A DNA stretch of 64,000 nt, from the NCBI GenBank assembly GCA_013360215.1, contig JABWCP010000014.1, positions 1 to 64,000 on the forward strand, given 5' to 3'. The notes under the pieces are model-generated. The model made no database searches. It was not told where the DNA came from and was given only the letters and a program-made list of their open reading frames with translations. The translations under genes and the position numbers were made by a program. Positions 58,901-64,000 of the stretch are shown here, one piece after another (within the stretch, counting starts at the first letter, position 1; every line of letters begins with the position of its first letter). Source of the DNA: a bacterium (GTDB lineage: Bacteria; CLD3; SB21).

Positions 58901-61604
58901 CCCCAAATGCCGCAAAATACGCATCGCGGAATGTCGAATTGATGGTGACAATCCTGTAGTCGGCGTCGATGGACCAAATGGAATCATGCGAATTTTCAAG
59001 AATTGCCGCTAAATTGGCTTCATTATTCCTTAAATCCTCTTCAACCAAACGTCGTTCGGTTACATCTTTGCGTACGGCCCATACGCGTTTCCAGAAACCT
59101 TGCTCCACGACACCGGTATAACTATTGATGAAAAATCGTTTGGAACCATCTTCGGATATTTTTTCCGACTCGATATCGCTCGCTGAATAACCGTTACGAA
59201 TTAAGTGTGCAACCCACTCGCGCTGTGCCGTTTGTTCCGTAGCTTCATCGCGCCAAACTTTGTTCCCCGTAAGCTGATCCGGTGTACGATAGCCTTCACT
59301 GAGCGCATACGTACTATTGCATTCACTGATAAAGGCCGTTTCAAAAAAAGATGCGATCTGATCTTCGACGGGTAGGTTCACGGCAATCGGTTTTTCAAAT
59401 TCAAATAAACAAATGCCATCGGAGCTGTTGGCCACAAATGCCCGATACCGCTCTTCACTTTGTTTGAGCGCTATTTCTGATTTTTTTAATTCTGTTATAT
59501 CTTTTTGCGTCCCCCAAATACGCGTAAGTTTTCCGTCTTCGACAATACCTATGGCACTGTTCAAAAATATCTTCTGCGCGCCATACTTATCCACTTCGTG
59601 CGATTCCTGATTGGCAAAATGATAACCCGATTTTACGAAGTCCACCATGTAGGCCACGTTATGCGGGTCATTTGGCAGAAGTAAGGTTTTGAGGGGTAAG
59701 CCAATTAACTCCTCTACCGAATTAAAGCCATACATCAGCGCTTGTACGGTATTGGCCTCGGCGATATAGCCTCCGGCAAATATACTAGCCACTTGCTCTT
59801 CCGGCATCCAATCAATCGGAACTGGTTCATCTAACTCAAGGCGATAAATACCCTCCGTACTTTGCTCAATGAAAGCGCGGTATTTTTGATCACTTTGGGT
59901 CAACGCTTCTTCAGAACGACGTACGTCGGAAATATCACGGCAAATAAACTGCAGGCACGGTTGATCGTCGTATTCTATTTTGGAAATCACTGATGAATAC
60001 CAGTGCATCTTTCCCCACCGATCAATAAAACGATTTTCTATGATGCCGGAATGGGTCCTCGCGCTTTGTGCAAATTCGTCAATAAGCGCATTGACTCTTC
60101 CAAAATCTTCCGGGTGAACAAAAGGGTTTTCATCGGGCGGAAAACGAAAGTCATTGAGTGTATAACCGGTTTGACGTTCCATCGCCGGATTGACATACAG
60201 CATATTGCGTTTGTAATCTGTGATAAAAAGTACATCATGGAACGACTCGACTAGTTTTCTGTAACGCTCTTCCCGCTCTTTGAGCAACTGTTCAGCTTCC
60301 ACACGTTCGGTAACATCGCGTGTCGTAATGAGAATTCCCTCAACGGATGCATCCAAAAGCAAATTGACACCGACGCTTTCACAGTGACGCCACGTTCCGT
60401 TTTTATGTAAAAAACGGTACATAGCCGTAGCCGATTCGCCCGGCACACGAAGCAAGGATTCAAAAGTTTTTTGCAATACTTCAAGGTCTTCCGGATGAAT
60501 CTGATCGAATGCATTGCGCCCAAGCAACTCGTCCTGCGTATAACCGAGCATCGGAAATATGGAGGGGCTCTCGTACCGGATCGTACCGTCCGCTGCGACA
60601 ATCGTGATCAGATCGCGTAGTTGGCGCACCAGCATCGTAAATCGTTCTTCACTGCGATGTAATGCGTCTAAGGCAAATTTTTGCCCGGTGATGTCGCTGA
60701 CAACAAACTGAATGGCCGGTTTTTGAAGGTATTCGATTTTACTAAGTACGGACGAATGCCAGCGTAATCTTCCCCAACGATCCACAAAACGGTTTTCCAA
60801 AGTTTTAGAAAACATGGCTTCGCTTTGTATAAAATCCGCTATGAAACGATTGACGTTAGGCAAATCCTCCGGATAGATCAACGGATGTTGATGTACGTTA
60901 AAATCATAATCTGTGGCCGTGTATCCCGTGTGTTTTTCGACAGCAGGGTTGATGTACAACACATTGCGATAGTAGTCCTCGATAAATACCATGTCATCCG
61001 ACGCTTCGAGTAAAGCGTGATACCGTATTTCGGCTTGGCGTCTTTCTTCCGCATGTTTTGAGCCGGTGATACAATCGGCTACAGCGTTGGCAAACTCTTC
61101 TTCGCGTCGGGCCCATCGGCGTGATCCTCCGACATGCTCATGGCACAAAACACCGATCACGCGGCCGTCCTGCCAGATCGGTACATCCATCATCGCGCCG
61201 ATCCCGTTGGGCAAAAGATAATCTTCCGTAAAAGCACTGGTGCGGGGATCTTTGTGAGCATTCTTCGCCAGTAATGACCGGCCGGAATTCAATGCCTTAA
61301 AGTAAGGTTTATATTTAGAAGCTAAAAGTACGTCCCCTTTGAAATATTTTTTTTTCTCCCGACTGTAAAGTGCGACACATTGGATAGCCGATCGGTCCGG
61401 CGTGAATAACCAGACACTGACGCGATCAATAGATTGCAAGTCGGCGGATATACGTACGGCGGCACGCACCAAAGCGTCAAAACCTTTACGCAGACGATAC
61501 AGATGCAGCAGGGCATCATGCTGTCGCGTGCTATCTAATTTTCGAAGAGTCTTTGGGGGACTCTTCTTTTTAGATGAAACTCGCTTTGGGGTTTTACGCG
61601 CCAT
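55980..61604 (-). CDS. Cytoplasmic hybrid histidine kinase: GAF, ~10 PAS, HisKA, HATPase, REC
   Basis: GVLCHEHVG GAF; repeated PAS ending D(I/V)TE; GIAHDFNN, GSGLGL, VMDDE, MDLTIPGG. Confidence 0.93.
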   Translation of the reverse strand: MARKTPKRVSSKKKSPPKTLRKLDSTRQHDALLHLYRLRKGFDALVRAAVRISADLQSIDRVSVWLFTPDRSAIQCVALYSREKKKYFKGDVLLASKYKPYFKALNSGRSLLAKNAHKDPRTSAFTEDYLLPNGIGAMMDVPIWQDGRVIGVLCHEHVGGSRRWARREEEFANAVADCITGSKHAEERRQAEIRYHALLEASDDMVFIEDYYRNVLYINPAVEKHTGYTATDYDFNVHQHPLIYPEDLPNVNRFIADFIQSEAMFSKTLENRFVDRWGRLRWHSSVLSKIEYLQKPAIQFVVSDITGQKFALDALHRSEERFTMLVRQLRDLITIVAADGTIRYESPSIFPMLGYTQDELLGRNAFDQIHPEDLEVLQKTFESLLRVPGESATAMYRFLHKNGTWRHCESVGVNLLLDASVEGILITTRDVTERVEAEQLLKEREERYRKLVESFHDVLFITDYKRNMLYVNPAMERQTGYTLNDFRFPPDENPFVHPEDFGRVNALIDEFAQSARTHSGIIENRFIDRWGKMHWYSSVISKIEYDDQPCLQFICRDISDVRRSEEALTQSDQKYRAFIEQSTEGIYRLELDEPVPIDWMPEEQVASIFAGGYIAEANTVQALMYGFNSVEELIGLPLKTLLLPNDPHNVAYMVDFVKSGYHFANQESHEVDKYGAQKIFLNSAIGIVEDGKLTRIWGTQKDITELKKSEIALKQSEERYRAFVANSSDGICLFEFEKPIAVNLPVEDQIASFFETAFISECNSTYALSEGYRTPDQLTGNKVWRDEATEQTAQREWVAHLIRNGYSASDIESEKISEDGSKRFFINSYTGVVEQGFWKRVWAVRKDVTERRLVEEDLRNNEANLAAILENSHDSIWSIDADYRIVTINSTFRDAYFAAFGVRLEVGMNVIDSIPDDLKALWKARYERVIVRGEVFMESDHYDLGGESRDYEISFFPIRTDDGIIRGASIFSRDVTERVRSREAVERREKYYRALIENALDLISIISADGTILYESPSVEKITGFTPNDLIGKNVLDFAHPEDRPLIREAFQTGIHQGQKIVNVHFRFLHKDHSWRTLEVTAHNLLHDAVVGGIVVNSRDITERKKSEEVLRQSEEKFRLLAENLPGVVYMCENDADFTFIYTSEAILDITGYPKEDFYDRRISLSTMYHPDDVAMINHIVHTAVRDQHSFSLTYRIQHRDGSWRWLSEVGSGVYADGKLLYIEGFISDITELRTAESILRQRDLQYKTLVEQALNPVYVLQNEKIVIVNPAWEKLFGYTAHDVSQPDFSIYKIIAPENKPMIEERMERRRQGLPVSDLYELKVITKDGRIRDLEVRVAEILWNDTPAIQGVYYDITDRKKTERALEAEKERLSVTLRSIGDGVITTDVQGRIVLINRVAEVLTGWTQEEAQDRPIEDIFHIINYKTKVRIAEPVRRIIQSGGIFELEQNTALIARDGTERLIADSGAPIRDKESTIIGVVLVFRDITEKQKIEEERLKSIKLESVGLLAGGIAHDFNNILTAILGNISLARMEHQQHHYDKIDDILSRSEKAGFRAKELTQQLLTFAKGGSPVRKTLTISELIREAADFMMRGSNVLCEYDMPDDLWPAEIDEGQISQVIQNLVINAVHAMPDGGVIHIKAENVYLDENAIMHLAAGKYIRMGITDQGVGIASEYLSKIFDPYFTTKQRGSGLGLATCYSIVKNHQGAISVESQLGVGSVFTVYLPASEKQVQQQSAPQKELGMGSGKILVMDDEEDIREITTRILRKFGYQTDSVTDGTDAIRAFTTARDAGVPYDVVIMDLTIPGGMGGKETIKKLLEIDPNVRAVVSSGYSNDPIMADHKSYGFKGYIIKPFQVDAFRQLIYDVINDKNE

Positions 61605-61607
61605 AAA

Positions 61608-62375
61608 TCAAAAAACTATGTTAACACCATTACTCAATTCAACATCATATGTGCGAATCCCGGGTGCCGGGCGATGATCATACCGCGCATTGAAGGCCGT
61701 CACAAAACTCAATTTTTTCCAGAGAGCGATGGTCATACTCGTATTATGTAATAGACGGTAGTCGGAAAACGCGCGCGTATCGGCTTGATAATAGGTCGTA
61801 GCAACAAATGCTAACCGATCATCCGGATTCCATCGTATGGATAAATAATTAGTGGAGCGTAGTTTTCGGACGGTCGGCTCATTGTGTTCATACATTTCAC
61901 GCTCCCACATCAATCCAGCACCGACAGCCCATACCAATACTGGAGACTTGCGCCCCGAATCCGTTCGCATAATTTCATAGCGTAGACCACTGCCGATCAA
62001 TTGACGATCTTTAAGGTCAATAAACGCATTAAATTCTTTCTGCGTAAAACCTTCGGCAATTACGTAATCGCTCAGATTTCGGGTAACACGCAAATGCATA
62101 AATCCTTTATGCGAATACAGTTTTCCCCGGCTTTCGGCACGCTCATAATTCGCGGCAAAAAAAGAATAATATGCCGTGGTAAGCCAATCCAAGCGGTAAT
62201 TGCTTTTCATGCTCAGGGATTCGGAATTGCCTTCTTGGAGACCGAGACTAAAACCTACGGTATGATGGAATCCTCGATCCGCATTATACTTGCGTAAATT
62301 TTCAGTATTTACTTGCGCCAATAAGACACACGACAAGCTCAATGCGATATAAACGCAAAAAATTCTGATCTTCAT
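61608..62375 (-). CDS. DUF481-like outer-membrane beta-barrel protein
   Basis: Signal peptide, QVNTENLR, beta-strands, terminal Phe. Confidence 0.7.
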   Translation of the reverse strand: MKIRIFCVYIALSLSCVLLAQVNTENLRKYNADRGFHHTVGFSLGLQEGNSESLSMKSNYRLDWLTTAYYSFFAANYERAESRGKLYSHKGFMHLRVTRNLSDYVIAEGFTQKEFNAFIDLKDRQLIGSGLRYEIMRTDSGRKSPVLVWAVGAGLMWEREMYEHNEPTVRKLRSTNYLSIRWNPDDRLAFVATTYYQADTRAFSDYRLLHNTSMTIALWKKLSFVTAFNARYDHRPAPGIRTYDVELSNGVNIVF

Positions 62376-62496
62376 ATATGTAGAACCTTTAGACAAGGAG
62401 GGTATGCCGGACAATATATAATAAAATCGGTGTTATGTAAAATATTTTTCATAGGAAATCTGTTGAAGAACGAAAATAACCTCTTTATTATTTATT

Positions 62497-63273
62497 ATGA
62501 TTGATTATTTACTCATTGCTATTGCAGCCTTTACGGCATCCGCGCTTACTTTTTTTTCGGGTTTCGGGCTGGGGACAATTTTGATGCCGGTCTTTGCTCT
62601 GTTTTTTCCGGTTCACACAGCTGTCGCATTGACCGCTGTTGTTCATTTTTTAAATAATATTTTCAAACTGGGACTTACCGGATTCTTTGCCGATAAAGCC
62701 GTGATCCTGCGATTTGGCATCCCGGCCATCGTAGCTGCTTTCGCCGGGGCCGAATTGCTTACATGGATGTCCGCATCGGAGCCTGTTGCGAGTTATTACT
62801 TAGGTCATACGATCTTCTATATACGATGGGAAAAAATAATCATGGCTATTGTCATGATCATTTTTGCATTGCTAGAGATCATACCGGCTTGGTCACAGAT
62901 ACATTTTGATCCTAAATATTTACCATACGGCGGGATTCTCAGCGGTTTTTTTGGCGGGTTATCAGGGCATCAAGGCGCTCTGCGCAGCGCGTTTCTTCTT
63001 CGTTTAGGTCTCGGTAAAGAAAGTTTTATTGCCACCGGTGTCGTCATCGCATGTATGATTGACATAACGCGATTAAGCGTTTATGGGTTTTCTATTTTTC
63101 AGGAAAACATCGCAGCCCATTGGCCGTTACTGCTCATAGCCATCTCGAGCGCATTTGGCGGTGCGTTTCTTGGAAATCGGTTTCTTAAAAAAATGACCAT
63201 TGCTTTACTACAAAAGAGCGTGGCTTTATTTCTTATCGCCCTTGCCTGCGCTCTGGCCACGGGTATCATCTGA
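62497..63273 (+). CDS. TauE/SafE (TSUP) family membrane transporter
   Basis: SGFGLGT and GGILSGFFGGLSGHQG; multiple TMs. Confidence 0.88.
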   Translation: MIDYLLIAIAAFTASALTFFSGFGLGTILMPVFALFFPVHTAVALTAVVHFLNNIFKLGLTGFFADKAVILRFGIPAIVAAFAGAELLTWMSASEPVASYYLGHTIFYIRWEKIIMAIVMIIFALLEIIPAWSQIHFDPKYLPYGGILSGFFGGLSGHQGALRSAFLLRLGLGKESFIATGVVIACMIDITRLSVYGFSIFQENIAAHWPLLLIAISSAFGGAFLGNRFLKKMTIALLQKSVALFLIALACALATGII

Positions 63274-63335
63274 TCACAATAAAAAACCCCGGAACTAAAA
63301 AATCCCGGGGCTTAAAAAAATCAGCTATTCAGTTA

Positions 63336-63893
63336 TTACTTCTTAGCTGTCAATTTCTCATTGATTTTGCCGTACATCATAGCGGCTTCATCGGCCGTAG
63401 CGCGTGAAGCTTTGAAATCACCGGCGGCAAATTGTTTTTTGGCTTCTTCTAATTTAGCTTTGCAACCGGCATAGGTTGTTTCCACTTCTTTTTTGTCCGC
63501 CGCTTTGAGTTTGCCGGCCGCCGCCATCATGGCTTTTTCATTTTTCGTCCAGGTCGTTTCGCAGTTTTTGATGAAATCATCCGTGGATGTTTTCACTTGT
63601 TCCATACCGGCCGGAGCTGCGGTAGCGGCTTCGTTATAGAGCTTTTCGGCTTCGACGTAAGCGGCTTTGGACTTATCCCATTCTTTCTTAGCCACAAGGC
63701 CATCGGCTTCTTTCATTTTAGCTTCGGCTTTTGCAAACGATTCGCTGGCATAATCAGCAGCTTTAGCTTCAGAGGCTTTTTTCGCGGCAGCTTTAGCTTT
63801 AGCAATTTCCTGCTCCGGGGGACCGCCGCAACCGATCAGTACAAATGCTGTCATAGCGACAGTCAACGCGGATACGATCATACGTTTTAACAT
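63336..63893 (-). CDS. Ala/Lys-rich helical lipoprotein (DUF4398-like)
   Basis: LIGC lipobox; PPEQEIAKA...A.DYA pattern. Confidence 0.75.
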   Translation of the reverse strand: MLKRMIVSALTVAMTAFVLIGCGGPPEQEIAKAKAAAKKASEAKAADYASESFAKAEAKMKEADGLVAKKEWDKSKAAYVEAEKLYNEAATAAPAGMEQVKTSTDDFIKNCETTWTKNEKAMMAAAGKLKAADKKEVETTYAGCKAKLEEAKKQFAAGDFKASRATADEAAMMYGKINEKLTAKK

Positions 63894-64000
63894 AGGATTC
63901 TCCGTTTATTTAAGGGTTATGGGAATATTTACAAAAAAACCCCGAATACAAGTATCCGGGGTTTATTCAAAACTAAATTTGAATTACTTCTTAGCAGGCA

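Noticed and set aside
1-64000. CRISPR arrays, transposases, integrases, prophage genes, rRNA
   Set aside because: No regularly spaced repeats or recognisable motifs for any of these were seen.

Overview
This is a 64 kb bacterial chromosomal window, roughly 45% GC by eye. T9SS-like C-terminal domains, a TonB receptor and a fused E1 alpha/beta suggest an FCB-group lineage, but the promoters are canonical sigma70-type with Shine-Dalgarno RBSs, so the taxonomy is an inference. Housekeeping content: purH-mreBCD-mrdA-rodA, ilvE, pepF, an ABC-F protein, a 2-oxoacid dehydrogenase E1, tmRNA and tRNA-Lys(CTT). It also holds several ABC transporters, two LytS/LytTR two-component pairs, an ECF sigma module and a 10-PAS hybrid kinase. 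Two things stand out. (1) A stand-alone two-gene bacterial microcompartment (BMC) shell locus. Its second gene runs into an A10 slippery site followed directly by a long stem-loop. The -1 frame then encodes an unannotated, start-less 78-aa C-terminal domain that ends right at the terminator, making it a candidate programmed frameshift giving short and long shell isoforms. A candidate ~70-nt UCCCC-loop sRNA lies just upstream. (2) A ~30% GC two-gene island at the tmRNA 3' end. It encodes a restriction-endonuclease-fold/ATPase fusion and an AAA_35-type ATPase-TPR protein with a SecA-tail-like C-terminus, and is a candidate undescribed anti-phage system. All family calls come from motif recognition by eye; no searches were run.
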